From Lama guanicoe (taxonomy: Eukaryota), in assembly GCA_013239625.1 (NCBI GenBank), contig MU054323.1:11553815-11617814 (forward strand): a stretch of DNA of 64,000 bases. Reading direction: 5' to 3'. Numbering within the stretch: the first letter of the stretch is position 1; each line of letters starts with the position of its first letter. Below the pieces are notes generated by a model. It was not told the DNA's origin, ran no database searches, and worked only from the letters and a program-made list of their open reading frames with translations. The position numbers were made by a program, and so were the translations under genes. Shown piece by piece: positions 1-12,925 of the stretch.

Positions 1-174
1 TAGAGGATGCCTAGGGAGGTGGCAAAGGCTCCGATGCTCCCAAGGGCACTGCTTGCATTCAGCAGAGCTGCTAAAAGTCCTAGGGCTGGCTGGTGGGGAG
101 CATCTGTCCGGTTAAGTGGCCAGGCAGGCAGGGCCAGTATCCAGGCCCTGGGCAGAGGGTGGGCCCATCCTTAC

Positions 175-308
175 TTGGCATAGGCTTTCTCCAGCAGGCA
201 GGGCCAGAACTCTTGTTTGTTGCAAGGCTCCACAAATAGGTACTCCTCGTTCAGGACAGGCAGGCGATCGTCAATCACCACTTCTACCCACTGGCCACAC
301 TGCCAGAA
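175..308 (-). CDS. CAPN13: Calpain-13, fourth coding exon ([45 protein letters not shown]); absent from the ORF track
   Basis: Acceptor CTCTCTCCCCTCCAG|TTC, donor GCCAA|GTAAGG, 134 nt, phase 0 to 2. Calpain motifs [12 protein letters not shown] and [11 protein letters not shown]. Confidence 0.97.
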
Positions 309-1599
309 CTGGAGGGGAGAGAGAGAGGAATACATGCCTTAGTAGAACTGTGGCAGGAAGGAGCCCCTGGCCACCCAGCCCAGGCCAAAAGAAAACCCCC
401 ATCACCACATGACCTCCACAACGCCACAACGAAGTCTTTCCAGAACAAAATCCCAGCCCAGGTCGGTGAACAGGGGACCAGCCTGTCATCTCCATGGACA
501 GATGAGTCACAGATCAAGTTAATTAAGGAAAATACAGGCAGGGAGGAAGGGGACTTGGGTTCCAGCTGGACTTTGCTACAAACTCCTGCCTCACTTTGAC
601 AAGTCCTTTGTGAGCTTTCAACACATGGACCCCACAGGTCCACCTTGTGTACACAGTGGAGGTAGGGGGAGTGGATGCTGAACACCAAAGGAGAATGGGA
701 GATGCAGAGTGTTGTGATGGGGAAGGAGAGTCTGCCGGGAGCTGAAGGTCTGAGGGAGGAGGCAGGATTCCAGCTGGAGACAAGGAGACAGGGAAGGCAT
801 CCCAGACGGCAGGGATGGTGTGGGCGGACGCCTGGAGGCCGAATGAACGGTGAGGTTGCTCAGGACTGAGCAGTTACAGCCTAGCTCTGGCCCTGCTCTC
901 CTCACGACAAGCTGGCCCGGCCTTCAGAGCAGCAGGAATAAAGTGGGCTGGCGCTGCAACTGCTAACAGAGCAAACGAACCAGATGTTCCCCTCCGAAAC
1001 AGACTATTTTCAGCCTCAGCATTCAACTCTTAATGGTTCACCTGGGGACATCGCCAAATGAGGAAAATTCATAACAAAGCCAGCTTTTTGGAGTTTGTTC
1101 ATTGGTCTCCCCTGCACTGGATAAGCAATAGGGCTTACAGCTTCAGTAAGTCACAGGCAAGTCTCTGACAGGTGGGCTCAGAATAAAGCTGGGTGAATGC
1201 GATCGATCATCTGCTCGGTGGTGACAGGGAGCTATCCACCAGGCCTTGCCCACAGCTGGATGTCCCAGATGTGGGGCTGTTGCATCCAGGCGGGGACACA
1301 CTTTGAAAACAGAGATGGAGACCAAGACAGAGATGTCAGTGGCGACAAAACAAAGAAGATGTTCTCATAGTCTTTGATGAACCAGTGCCCTGGAGCTGGT
1401 TCCAGCACAGCTGTGGATCTGAGTCCCAGCTGCAATAAGAGGTACAGGAGCCAACAGGGATGCTATTACAGTGAAACATGTCGGAAGCACCAAAGAAGCT
1501 TATCCGAGCTCCTAGAAAGGGGTACTGGCAGGACAGACTAATTTGGATTTCGGGTTCAAGTGGATAGCAAGATGTATACACTGCCCGGTCAGTGGAGCT

Positions 1600-1760
1600 G
1601 TGCTCATGTGCTCATGTCCTGGTTTTGCCTTTAGTGACCCCAGCAAGAGATATTCAGTAAGACATTTATTCTCTGTGACTCGGTTTTCTCATCTGTTAAA
1701 TGGTGGTAAGAGTAAGAACTACCTCATCCTGTGACTGGGATCAGATCAGAGTGTGAAAGT
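1600..1760 (+). mobile_element. MIR SINE fragment
   Basis: MIR core-like CTCGGTTTTCTCATCTGTTAAATGG...ACTACCTCAT. Confidence 0.6.
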
Positions 1761-2404
1761 GAGACCACAGTTTTGAAAGTAGGAACTGTTTTTCAATAGT
1801 CTTTTTGTTCAGCACCTAGGATGGTGCCTGGCACACAGTAGGCCATTGAGAAGAAGTGAGCCCTGGCTTGAATGAGCTCCTCTGGTTGGTTCCACTGGCT
1901 CTCGCATGTTCCCACACCAGTAATGCTCACCAGATTTGCTCTCCCTACACAAAGGGAACCTCAGATAAGATCATTGTTCCCAGAGAGGATGCAAATGGCC
2001 TGACTGGTGGTGAACCACTGACCTGTGGTTCCGGGTTCACTTCTCTGGGTGAGGAGGGCTGACACGTGGATCACATCTATTACACCCTTTAAGAAGCAGG
2101 TTGGAGCTATTAGGCCAATACCCAAGCATCTGAAGGAAATCAGAAGTGTTTGGGGCAAAGCATCCAAGTTGCCCTGGCACTGGGTCCTTTCCAGAGAGCA
2201 GTGCCCAAGCTCAGAAGGATGAGAAGAGATGTACAGAGGTCAGCACTGTAGCTGTTTCTGGGGAACTGTGGGACTTTCTTCACCACCCAGAAGGGCAAAG
2301 TGTGTCCTGCCTAGACCTCAGTTTGTCCTTAACACCTGTCACTCCACCAACACTTGCAGCCCTCAGGTGAGCCCAGACACAGCTAAATCCTGCATCCTCT
2401 AGCT

Positions 2405-2465
2405 AACTCCTCAGTGTGATCCTTGGACCAGCAACATCAGCATCATCTGGGAGCTCGTTAGAAGA
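2405..2465. mobile_element. MER5A-like hAT-Charlie fragment
   Basis: CTCAGTGTGATCCTTGGACCAGCAACATCAGCATCATCTGGGAGCTCGTTAGAA resembles the MER5A consensus. Confidence 0.65.
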
Positions 2466-2479
2466 CCTAGCTCGCAAAT

Positions 2480-5235
2480 AATCAGACTTCAGAAGAGAGA
2501 ACAGGATAAAAGAGGACACCCTGAGAAAAATAAAGGGAAACAGCTGAACAGAAAAAGGAGGCACGTCTTCAGAATGAAAGAGCTCAGTGAATTCCAGGCA
2601 AGATTAATTATAAAAAGGCATATATCTGGACATATTCTAGAGAAGTTTATGAGCCAAGGAGAGACAGGGCCTCTTATAAACTTGTAATTTAAAAGAATAT
2701 GCTGCATACAAGGTCAAGAGGATAGGTTAGCATTGGATTGTTCTTCTGCAACACTGGAAGGTACAAGACAATGGAAAAAAATGTTTACAGATTCTTAAGG
2801 AAAGGGATTATGATCCAAGAATCCTAAACCCAACTAAAATATTGTTCTTATGAAAGAGCAAATGAAAAAACACTCATGTAATCTGAGAAAACTATTCAAG
2901 GAGCTACTCCTACCTAATGAGGATGAAATTAGAACAAAAATCTTAGTAAGGGAAAATGACGAGTGAAAGAAACAATAGTGAGCAATGAGATTTGAAAGTG
3001 CTTCATGAGAAACATACTTGCAACATAATGAAAATGAAATTGATAGTGAAGGGATGAGCAAAGATATAATAGGAAATGTAAGTAACAGGAAGCTGGAGTA
3101 GTAATGTGAATATCATAAACAGGAATTCAAGGCTGGGAGTATTAAATGTAACAAAGAGGGGTATTGTGTAAGCTTTATGCCAACAGCCAGAAAGCAAGAA
3201 CATAAATCTTTGAGCACCAAAGAATATAGCAGGAAAAGTATGAAGCCACAACACCTGAAAACCTAAGAGGAACCCTCTAAACTATAACGTTGGGGAAGGA
3301 CTTTAATTCACCTCTTTTGGAATATGACAAATTAAACAGACAAAAAAATAAGCCAAGGTAAAAGAGATAATTGCAGATAATACAATCTGCAAATCAGAAA
3401 GCTTGATTCCATATATCAAACTCAGAACCACTGGATAATACATATTCTTGTTGTATATCCATGGTACATTTATAAAAAAACTGTTCTGGACTTGTCCATA
3501 AATAAAAGTTTAATAACGTTCTAGACGTAGAGATTTTTATGAATTATATTTTCTGGTCATAATCTAATAAGTCTAAAACTTTACAAGCAAGAGATGATCC
3601 CCTATAAAACGTAATCTAGTATACCAGAAATTGACACAATATTGTGAACAGACTATACTTCAATAAAAACTTAATCAAAACTAAAAACATATTATCTTAA
3701 AAATTAATAAAAGACATTTGATATTAAAACCTATGGATAAGATCTGAGAGGAGAATTTATAGCCTCAAAAGCTTTTATTACGAACAAAAAAACCCAGAAT
3801 ATTAAGTGTATAGTTTCAGAAAAAAAAACCAGCCAAGAGAAAGTAAATAGGTATTAATAAAAATAAATCAAAATTAATTACATAGAAAACAAAATCCCAA
3901 AAGAAAAATAATATAAAGAACAATGAAAATTGAAACGTTGAGTTATTCAAAATCCAATACAACATATTTGCTGGATTCAGAAAAGCTGGATTAAGGAAAA
4001 GAGGAAAAATAAAAATATAATGTAGGGGTTGATTGATAAAGTAGATTTAACTGCAGATTAGAAGGAATTGAATAAAATTTCAGAGAATGACATAAGAAAC
4101 TTTGGGTCAATAAATTTGGAACTACAGAAGAAACAGTTGGTTCTCCTGACAAAGTATAAATTTCAAGAACTAACTCCAGAAAAAATGAGAACCAAGCAGA
4201 TCAATAGCTATTGAACATGCTGGAAGAGTTAAAGAAATCACACTTAAAAAGGAAGTAGGTCCAGAAACCTTAACTATTGCCTATTTTACTTTCAAAGACC
4301 AGATAATCAATGATTAACAACCACTGTACAAATTATTTCAGGTGAAAGTATGTAAATATCAATGGGTTCATATTAAAAAGCTAGCATAACTCAATAATAA
4401 AAACAACAAACAACTGGAAACTAATTCTGCAAATGATATAGAGGCAAAAATTCTAATAAAATGTTTAGCAAATTGAATCCAACTTCAGTAAATTGATTAA
4501 AAGGATGGCAGACTAGGAAAGTATGTCACTAAAATCAAGAGGAGGCAGCATTTTGCTCTTGTCATTCCTATTCAAAATTGCAACATTCTAATTAATGCAA
4601 CAAGGCAAAAGAGCAAAATAAGTTCTATAAATATCAAAAGAATAGACAAAACTATCTTTATTTGTAGATAATATCAGATGACCAAAAAAATCCAGACTCT
4701 ACTAAAGAAAAAAATATTAGAACTAATAAAGGAATTTGGTAAGGTGGCTAGAGACACTTTAATACAAAATAAGGAATAGCTTTCATTTTTTCAGCAACAT
4801 CTAGTTAGAAAAATCATTCACATTAGCTACAAAATTGTAAAATATTTGAGAATACATTTATCAAGAAGAGGATAGCACCAATATCAAAACATAACTATAA
4901 CATTTTATTGAAGGGCATAAAACTAGTTCTGAATAAATGGAAAGATAGAGGATGTTTTTGAAAAGGAATAATTATAATAATAAAAATTAATTTTTCCAAA
5001 TTAATAAATTTAATGCTGCTCCACTCTGCATCTCAGTGGCTTTCCTTTTAATTAGAAACAATGATTTATAAATTCTCACAGAAGAATAAATGTGCAAGAA
5101 TTACCAAAATAAAATATTTTTGAGGAAAGAATTATGAATAATGAAGGATAACTTATCTTACCATATGTTACAATTCACTCTAAGGCTACTGTAATCAAAA
5201 TAACAAGACATGGCCCAGGAATAGACAGACAAAAT
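2480..5235 (+). mobile_element. Old, heavily degraded L1 LINE (ORF1 and ORF2 remnants)
   Basis: A-rich strand with L1 hallmark phrases (CAACACTGGAAGGTACAAGACAATGG, TTAGAACTAATAAAGGAATTTGGTAAGGTGGC, AAGGCTACTGTAATCAAAATAAC). Many stops. Confidence 0.8.
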
Positions 5236-5510
5236 CTCAATGACGTCCAGGGCTCTTGATCAATGACTCTTTTTCTTTTGCTGATTGTTTCTACCATTTC
5301 TTTTTATTTACATGAAAACATTTTAACTCTCATCTTCTCTATGTGCTGTCATATCATAAGCTCAAATTCTTTTTGTGAGCTAACCAGAGTAACTAACACA
5401 TGAGTGTCTCTTCCACACCTTGGGCTGCTGCACCAAGAGAACATTCAAGACAGTCACCTCCCTGTGCTCCAGACAATCCCATTTAGGGAGCATCCCAGCA
5501 GCACACTCAC

Positions 5511-5626
5511 CCGGAAACGGAAAATCCCCGCATATTGGTATGAAAAGCTTTGGTCTGCTAGGATCCTCTGCAGATGCTGTGGGTTCTGTGTCAAGGAGCC
5601 CAGTGCTGCCAGGAACCAGCAATCTC
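5511..5626 (-). CDS. CAPN13: Calpain-13, third coding exon with catalytic Cys ([39 protein letters not shown])
   Basis: Acceptor CCCTTTGCAG|GA, donor CGG|GTGAGT, 116 nt, phase 1 to 0. GDCWFLAA active-site motif; Cys codon TGC at 5621-5619. Confidence 0.97.
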
Positions 5627-5878
5627 CTGCAAAGGGATAGAAGCTGACTGGACACACCTGGAAGTTCCACTCCATGCCTTTCACAGAGTCAGCACACTTC
5701 CTTCAGAATAATGTATTTTTTTTTTTGTCTGAGAGAGAATTGGGGAAAGGATTCATTAGTCAGTTTCAAGCAAAATAGAGAAGGAACAAGATAGTTCCAA
5801 TTAAGACAGAGGTGATGGTGGTGGTTAAGGGGGTGGGGGGGGTAATGGGAGTAGGGGTGGCAATGGGGTGGCATAGTG

Positions 5879-6236
5879 NNNNNNNNNNNNNNNNNNNNNN
5901 NNNNNNNNNNNNNNNNNNNNNNNNNNNNNNNNNNNNNNNNNNNNNNNNNNNNNNNNNNNNNNNNNNNNNNNNNNNNNNNNNNNNNNNNNNNNNNNNNNNN
6001 NNNNNNNNNNNNNNNNNNNNNNNNNNNNNNNNNNNNNNNNNNNNNNNNNNNNNNNNNNNNNNNNNNNNNNNNNNNNNNNNNNNNNNNNNNNNNNNNNNNN
6101 NNNNNNNNNNNNNNNNNNNNNNNNNNNNNNNNNNNNNNNNNNNNNNNNNNNNNNNNNNNNNNNNNNNNNNNNNNNNNNNNNNNNNNNNNNNNNNNNNNNN
6201 NNNNNNNNNNNNNNNNNNNNNNNNNNNNNNNNNNNN
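5879..6236. other. Assembly gap (358 N) inside a GGT/GGGG-rich low-complexity tract (about 5810-6320)
   Basis: Run of N flanked on both sides by GGTGAT/GGGGTG repeats. Confidence 0.98.
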
Positions 6237-7011
6237 GCAGTGATGGGGTGGTGGGGGTGATGGGGCAATTGGTGATGGGCGTTAGTGCTGGTGGTGGTGG
6301 TGCCATGGTGATGGTAGGGAGGTCAAGAGAGCCCCAGCCAGGCTTCAGCAGAGTTGATGGGCCAACTTGCCTTACTTTCATTTGCCAGAGGTGCCCAGAG
6401 CTAAAATTTACAGCGAATTTTGTTGTCAGCATCAGTGGCAATGGTGCCCCCTACAACTGGGGAAAACAGATTTATGTATTACTTTGCTAATATTTGTGCC
6501 GTTCCTACCCATGTCAGGGCCACTCTAAGCCCACACAAAGGTTCTCCCTCTCTTCCTCCTTGAGAAAAACATGGCCTTGAGTTTCTCCTTAAAGGTCTCT
6601 GTGAGCCCTTTCAAGCATGCTCATCCCCTTCTCTTGAGTCTGCCCTCCTCCGCCTTCACAACTTGTCTTGAGTGCCATATCATACCAGTCCCCGTGCTGG
6701 ATGCGGAAGCCACAAAGACGTCCTCAGAGAGGTCCCTTTCCAGTTAGGTGAGATCCTAAGAGGAGGTTAAGCTGGTGAGGGCATTCCCCAACCCAGAAAG
6801 CAAACCAGGTGGCCCAAGATGCCGTCATTCACCAGGTGATGTCCAGGTGCAAGGGCATAAATTGGAAACTGACATTTTGACAGTCACAAGGCTTGTTTAT
6901 TTGATGTGCATTCTAATTTTTCTCACTTATATTTTTGGGACTCCATATTGGAGAGTACTCATTTTTATTCAATAAATATATTCCTGTCTATAACTAATTT
7001 CAATACATAGC

Positions 7012-7163
7012 TTTTTTTTATTCTATACATACTTTCTTTCCTACTTAAAATTTTTTTGGGGGGTATGTATGTATGTATGTATTTTAATGCAGGTACTAGG
7101 GATTGAACCCAGGACCTCATGCATGCTAAGTATGTGCTCTACCACTGAGCTATACCCTCCCCC
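7012..7163 (-). mobile_element. tRNA-Ala-derived SINE of camelid Vic-1 type, with target-site duplication
   Basis: Minus strand GGGGGAGGGTATAGCTCAGTGGTAGAGCACATACTTAGCATGCATGAGGTCCTGGGTTCAATCCCTAGTACC with A and B boxes, then an (ATAC)n/A-rich tail. TSD TTCAATACATAGC at 6999-7011 and 7164-7176. Confidence 0.85.
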
Positions 7164-7729
7164 TTCAATACATAGCCTTTTTTTATTTTTTGTATATGAA
7201 TATTTTTATTGATGTATGACTGAAGAATTATGCTATACACCACAAATACATAGCTTTTAAAGTGACCGCATGTGAAGACAAAAACCTCATCATGCCCAAG
7301 AAATTTTCGTCTTCCATGGAGATCAAGAACTGCAGAATCTATATGCCATGTCACATGTAAAGTCGCTTAATTACAAGCATAGTAACCCAGGTAATACAGT
7401 CCAGTAATTAACCAAGATACTGTCTTGCCTACGCAGGTAAGGTAGACTGTGCACTGGGTTGGAGCAATGTTTATAATCAAGGGAAACTGACATTTTAAGG
7501 ACATAGAGTCTGTTCTCAGAAGGGTGCTGTTTTATTTTGCTGTGTCTCCCAGTTCCATGTCCATATTCCCCTCCCAGGCAGTCCCGCCCCTTCATTCCTA
7601 GATTTCTTGCTCAGAGGGGTGGCCTAGCCATACCTGAAACTGCCCCGGGGCCTCCCTTCAAGGCAGGCCCTCCTCTCCCATCCATACTCCTCAGCAGCAA
7701 CTTTGCCCTGTGGCTGTCTGGTGGGTGGG

Positions 7730-7918
7730 AAGGAGTCAAACAGACCTGGATTCAAACCCAACTCTGTTGTATATTGCTTATGAGACATTAAAGACATGAT
7801 TTTATCTCTCAGAGGCCTCGTTTCCACATATATCAAATGGAGGTGTTGCAAAGTGTTAATGAAATAGCACATGCAAAGTATCTCGTACAGCCTTGCAGAA
7901 GTTCAGTAAACATTTGCT
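7730..7918 (+). mobile_element. MIR SINE
   Basis: GGAGTCAAACAGACCTGGATTCAAACCCAACTCTG...GGCCTCGTTTCCACATATATCAAATGG...AGTAAACATTTGCT. Confidence 0.75.
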
Positions 7919-8258
7919 TCCCTGGGTCTCTCGTTTCTTCCCATTTTCCAGCAACTGATGTTTCTCTCTACTCAGCGCTTATATTAAACCCAGTGCCTAT
8001 TTTCTTTTCTTTTTGTTTGATAATTCCTTCCCCCAAAGAGCTCTGTATATCCACTGCTGAGCCGACTTGCAGGCTGAAGGACTGGGTATGAGGAGTCCGT
8101 CCACAGCCACATGGAGAGTACCAGCCTCACCTCCTTAGAAGCTGGGCAGCACGCTGTGGGTCTAGATGGACACCCCTCTTCTCTCCTCCTTACCTGGAGG
8201 CTGACTTTGGGCAGCTTGCCTCAATCTAAGGCCAGGAAGGAAGAGGCTGAGTTCTTAC

Positions 8259-8337
8259 CTGCCTCTCCTTGTCGGATGTCGAATCTGCTGGCACCTTCCA
8301 GGATGAAATGAGGCTCTGATTTACCCTTCAATAAATC
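8259..8337 (-). CDS. CAPN13: Calpain-13, second coding exon (DLLKGKSEPHFILEGASRFDIRQGEA+G); absent from the ORF track
   Basis: Acceptor CCTTTTTTCTAAG|GAT, donor GCAG|GTAAGA, 79 nt, phase 0 to 1. Encodes the calpain motif P.FI..G.SR.DI.QG with the oxyanion-hole Gln. Confidence 0.95.
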
Positions 8338-9659
8338 CTTAGAAAAAAGGAGGAAAAGCCATGAGCATCTTTCATTCCTCTGTCTTCCCGTGTGGTACCC
8401 AACCCATCACTCACCTTGTCTTTGAGGGGTAGAGGTTACATCTTAAAGAGGTATTTAAAATTCAAGTTAGGAAAGCTCCCCCTCATCCTTCAGGTTTTAT
8501 TGCTAACAGTAAGGCAGATGTCAAAGGGGTGTATATGTAACTGACCAGATAAGCAATAAATGCATAATCACACAGCACGAAGAGATAAGGGATCGGGATC
8601 CTTACATCAAATGATCAGCCATCCTGGTCTCAGCAGCAGTGCTTTATTAAGAATTTATAAACAATCAAAAAAGAATAGAATGCATTTATTAGAGGAAACT
8701 TTCATAAGCATAGTAACACTTCTCTTGTGAAATGTCACCTCCCAGAAGTCAGCATAGACATTCTGGGCTCCAGGTTCAAGTCCAGCCAAGTGCTGTACAG
8801 GAGGCAGAATGTGCATGCCTCTGGTCTTGGCCCATCCCCAGCTAGTGCACAGACTGATTCTAGAAGACCTGAGCTCAGGCAGCCTCTAGGTGTTCCCGCT
8901 CCCCGGAGCCCATACGATTATCTTCAGCATCTTCCCTGGGAAGTCCTTCCTGGATTTCCATTTGCGTATGAATCTGTATAATTTGGTCATTGTTCCTGTG
9001 TCGTTTCTTTTCACATTGACAAATACATGCTCCGAAAACAGGGCTGCAAAGTAGAAATGGATTCTTCTGCTCAACAGCCACGAACACATGGAGTTCTGTG
9101 CCTCGTGAGATCTGCCAGCCCTCTCCTCTTTCGTCAACTGCCGGTTTCCTGGTGGAGCCGCCAAGGGGCAAACAAAGGTGTGCATGTCTGCAAACATGTC
9201 AGTCCGCCCACCCCACCAGACCTCCTTCCACCACCTTCTCTGTAAGTAACCGGCTCTCTCTGATGGCCAGGAGCGGGGTGCTCAGGTCCAGGCCCTCGGG
9301 TTGGCTCTCAGGTCTGGCTGACCCTCTGCTGTGCCCTTGGCTATGCAGAACTTGAGTCTTTCCCATCACAAACAGGAAGGATAGTACTCCCCGCAGGGCC
9401 GTGGATAGAGTGACTCTCCCAGTGTCAACACAACGCGGGGCACTGCAGTGGCTCTAGCTGTCCCCTCCCCTTCTACTGGAAAAGGGAACTCAAGGCCAGC
9501 TGAAGATCCTCCAAGCACAGAAATTAGCAATGAGGGTAAAGGCCATCGTGTTTGGGAAAGGGATCGAAGACAATGTGGCTCAGCTCTCTTGACCCAGTCA
9601 AGGCCGCAGCTTCACCTTCTGCTCTCAGTTGACCCCTGATGATGGGCAGAAGAGGGGCA

Positions 9660-9990
9660 GGTGGGCTGAGAGTCAGCTCCGATGGGCCTAGTGTGGACTC
9701 CTGCTCTGCGTTTCACCCTAGGTGACCTTGAGTAACTTCCTTTATTTTGCTGAGCCTCAGTTTCTTCATGTGTAAAATGGGAGATTCAAATGAGAAAGCC
9801 ACCAGGGCCATTTCCAAAACCTTATTAACCACTGTTAACCAAACCTCGCTGAGGACTAGATGCTTCATTGACCATTTTCCCCAGACAGACTTGCAAAGCA
9901 CGAGTCTCTGCATATTACAAATGAGGAAGGATGTGAAATACTTAGCATGGTGTCCTTCACGGTACCTGTTCAATAAATATTGATTCCCTT
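9660..9990 (+). mobile_element. MIR fragments
   Basis: GTGACCTTGAGTAAC...GAGCCTCAGTTTCTTCATGTGTAAAATGGG core; 3' CAATAAATATTG. Confidence 0.6.
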
Positions 9991-9994
9991 CTTT

Positions 9995-10609
9995 GGTAAT
10001 ATTTGTGAAATTAAAAAGACCATTCTCATAGATAAATCTAGTGCCTCAAATGCATTCATTATTAAACGAGAGAGAATAAAAACATGAATTAAGTAGTCCA
10101 CTTATAGATAGTAGCGGAAGGAAGTGATAAAGAGAACAACTGGTGAATTACAAAAGAGAAAAACAGCAAGACCAGGAAAGCAAATATGTTATACTTGGGG
10201 AGAAGGTTTACTTAGGCCCAGTCTTTGGCTAATATGGTAGAGAAATCCAAATAAAATTAGAAATAGAAAGGAGGTTTTAGCAATATAAAAAGATGATGTA
10301 AAATATGATGCTAATCAATTTAAACATACTGATGATTTTCTGACAAAAATGAACATGCCCAAAATGATCCAAGTTGCTAAATAACTTGAAAATCAATAAT
10401 CTTGGAATAGTATTTTTAAATGATCAAAGGATACCTCCCTAATATCCCTGTCAAGGCGTCTAAGTACACATGATTTTCTTATTGAGGTCTCCCAAACTTT
10501 CAGGGAATAAACAATTCCTGTGTCACTTAGTTTCAGTGTTTAAAAAGGAAAAAAAAAATCCTGCTACCATTAAGAAGTCAGCACAGCCTGAATGCCCAGC
10601 CTGAGAGAG

Positions 10610-10661
<52 letters not shown>

Positions 10662-11050
10662 TATCATACTGAAATAAATACCCAGCAAATGAATCAATAA
10701 TCAATTTATACAACCAACCATCAAGAAAGGTTTGCCATAGAAATGCAGGATGCCATGATGGCTTCCTATCAGGATACCTAATTATATAAAACGGCATTTA
10801 CATGGGCAAAAGGAGAAAACTGACATCTTTCCAATAAATGTCACGAAGACGTTTGATAAATGCAAAACAACTTTCTCTGATTTACCCGAAATAATAAAAT
10901 TGAAAATTAAAAAAACCCCAAATTTTTGCTAATTGGGAACAGAAGGATACTTCAATGCTATGAAAATTAAATGGCAATTATTTCACATCAAAAGTCAACC
11001 ATCAACATCCAGTTCATGGGCAAACACTGGAATTGTGTGCGTCAAAGTTG
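9995..11050 (+). mobile_element. Very old L1 ORF2 fragments
   Basis: A-rich, with residual ORF2 phrases (CAAACTTTCAGGGAATAAACAATTCC, AGAAATGCAGGATG, GGAACAGAAGGATACTTC). Confidence 0.55.
10615..10661. repeat. (CA)n microsatellite
   Basis: Near-perfect CA run with one AA interruption. Confidence 0.95.
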
Positions 11051-11684
11051 GGCACAGAACTAGCATTTTTGTGTCCTGTCCTGAGCTGCCTATTCCTTCC
11101 TCACCCTGGGCTTTAGAGGGGTCCTGATGAGCCAGAAAGACCAAAGGGAGGACGAGACAGAATTTATACCCAGAAGCATCTCAGTCTGCCAGGCTGACTT
11201 TCCAAGACCAGGCGCACAGAGAAAATAGGTCATGATGTTTGGGAAGATCAAATACCCTGGCTCTGGGCAGGTCCCCTGTCACTCGGTGGGCTGGGCACAC
11301 CAAGGCAGTGAGTGATTGTGATAAGACTGGCAGTGGGCAGAGTCCCCACCCTGGGTGACTCAGATCACCCAGGGTTTCGCAGACATGGAGACTGCTGGAT
11401 GCTGCCTCCCGTGACTTGGATTGGGTAGGTCAGCTGGAGGGACAGTTTCAGGAGTCACACAGCTCCTGGGGTGATTCTGACGCCCAGCCAGGGCAAAGTG
11501 CAGGTTCAGAGAGGTTGAGTGATCTATCCTTGGTCCCATAGGAAGCAGGCTATCAATCAGGCACTCCACCCCACCCCATAGTGCCTTCCCCGTGGACCAC
11601 ACCAGCAGACTTCATTGTTATCTGATTCTGGGGGATGGGCTGGCCCTTTGACGTCTCTGCCACATCATTTGCACAGCAAGAAGC

Positions 11685-12140
11685 TGTGATGTTCATTTTA
11701 TGTGTCAACTCGACTGGCTCAGGGGTTCCCAGCTATTTGGCTACACGTTATTTCTAAGTGTGTCTGAAGACTGTTTCCAGATGAAAAGAGCACTTGAATC
11801 AGTGGACTCAGTAAAGCAGACTGTCTTCCCCAACATCAATAAGCATCATCCAGTCTACTGAGGGCTTGAATAGAACAAAAGGGAGGGGAAGGGAGGATTC
11901 ACTCCTTCTCTGCTGACTACTCAGCTAGGACACTGGGGCTCTCCCTCCCTGGGACTGCGAATTACATCATCAGCCCCCTGGTTCTAAGGCCTTCCCACTC
12001 AGACTAAACTTGGCCATCCATTTTCCTGGGTCTCCAGCTTGCAGATAGCAGATTGTGGGACTTTCCAGCCTCCATAATCACGTGTGCCAATTCCTTATAA
12101 TAAATCTATCAATAAGATAGATTTATATGGTTCCTATTGG
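11685..12140 (+). mobile_element. MLT2-type ERVL solo LTR
   Basis: Starts TGTGATGTTCATTTTATGTGTCAACTCGACTGG. Contains GACTCAGTAAAGCAGACTGTCTTCCCC and GCCTCCATAATCACGTGTGCCAATTCCTTATAATAAATCT, as in MLT2 consensus. Confidence 0.85.
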
Positions 12141-12925
12141 TTATATCCTATAGGAGATCTGCACCTCTCCCTCTCCCCCCTCCCCACCCACACCCATCCC
12201 TATATCTGAAGTGGTACCCAACCAGGCACTCTCCTACAATCATCTCTGGAGGTGTCTCTTCTAACGTGACATCATTTCGTATGTTTTGGACAGTGATTTC
12301 TGCATTCTTTCCAAAGGCTCCTCAGGCCCCTTCGCCGGATGGTGTGCTGCTCTTGGATGAGGAAACACCAGGTTTAGTGTCTTGGCGTTGAGACACGGGC
12401 CCTTTCAGAGGGTGGCCAGAGTTCAGGCTGGGCCAGATGGCAGCGTCACTCCCTTTTCTATTTCTGCTCGAGAGCTTTGCTTTATTGGAATCAAAGTTCT
12501 TTGGCTCAATGGCAATTAGCTGTTGGCATATTCTCTTTCTGTCACCTTCTGTTACCTGTTGCCTTCACAACCTAATTCACAGCACCACTTTGTTAACCCC
12601 CTCCTTTCCAGAATAACTCATTTTAGTCCCAAGGTGAATCATTTCCAGTAAATGGTCCTTTCGGAAACTTGGCTCTGGCTACTTGGAAGATGAACATTGT
12701 TGCCTGGGTAGGCAACGCATCATTCCAGGATGGCCACAGGCCAGAATCCACAGTGGGGCTGGATACTGAGCCCTGAGCACCCATCTGACAGCATGTTTTG
12801 GGCCCACGGCCCACTCTTCAGTTGAGCAGTGCAATGTTTTTCACTAAAGAATAGGGACAAAGATGAAATTTCAATCTCTCAGTCTGACACATTGGTGACT
12901 CTGCCATAAAGATCTACACTTACAA

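Noticed and set aside
5689..6490. Long ORFs of 143-250 aa
   Set aside because: Artefacts of translating through the N gap and low-complexity flanks.
7089..7163. Possible tRNA-Ala gene
   Set aside because: It has an A-rich tail, a TSD and mismatched stems, so it is a SINE head rather than a tRNA gene.
8886..9197. 103-aa minus-strand ORF in the CAPN13 intron
   Set aside because: No recognisable homology, and the real exon chain is complete without it.
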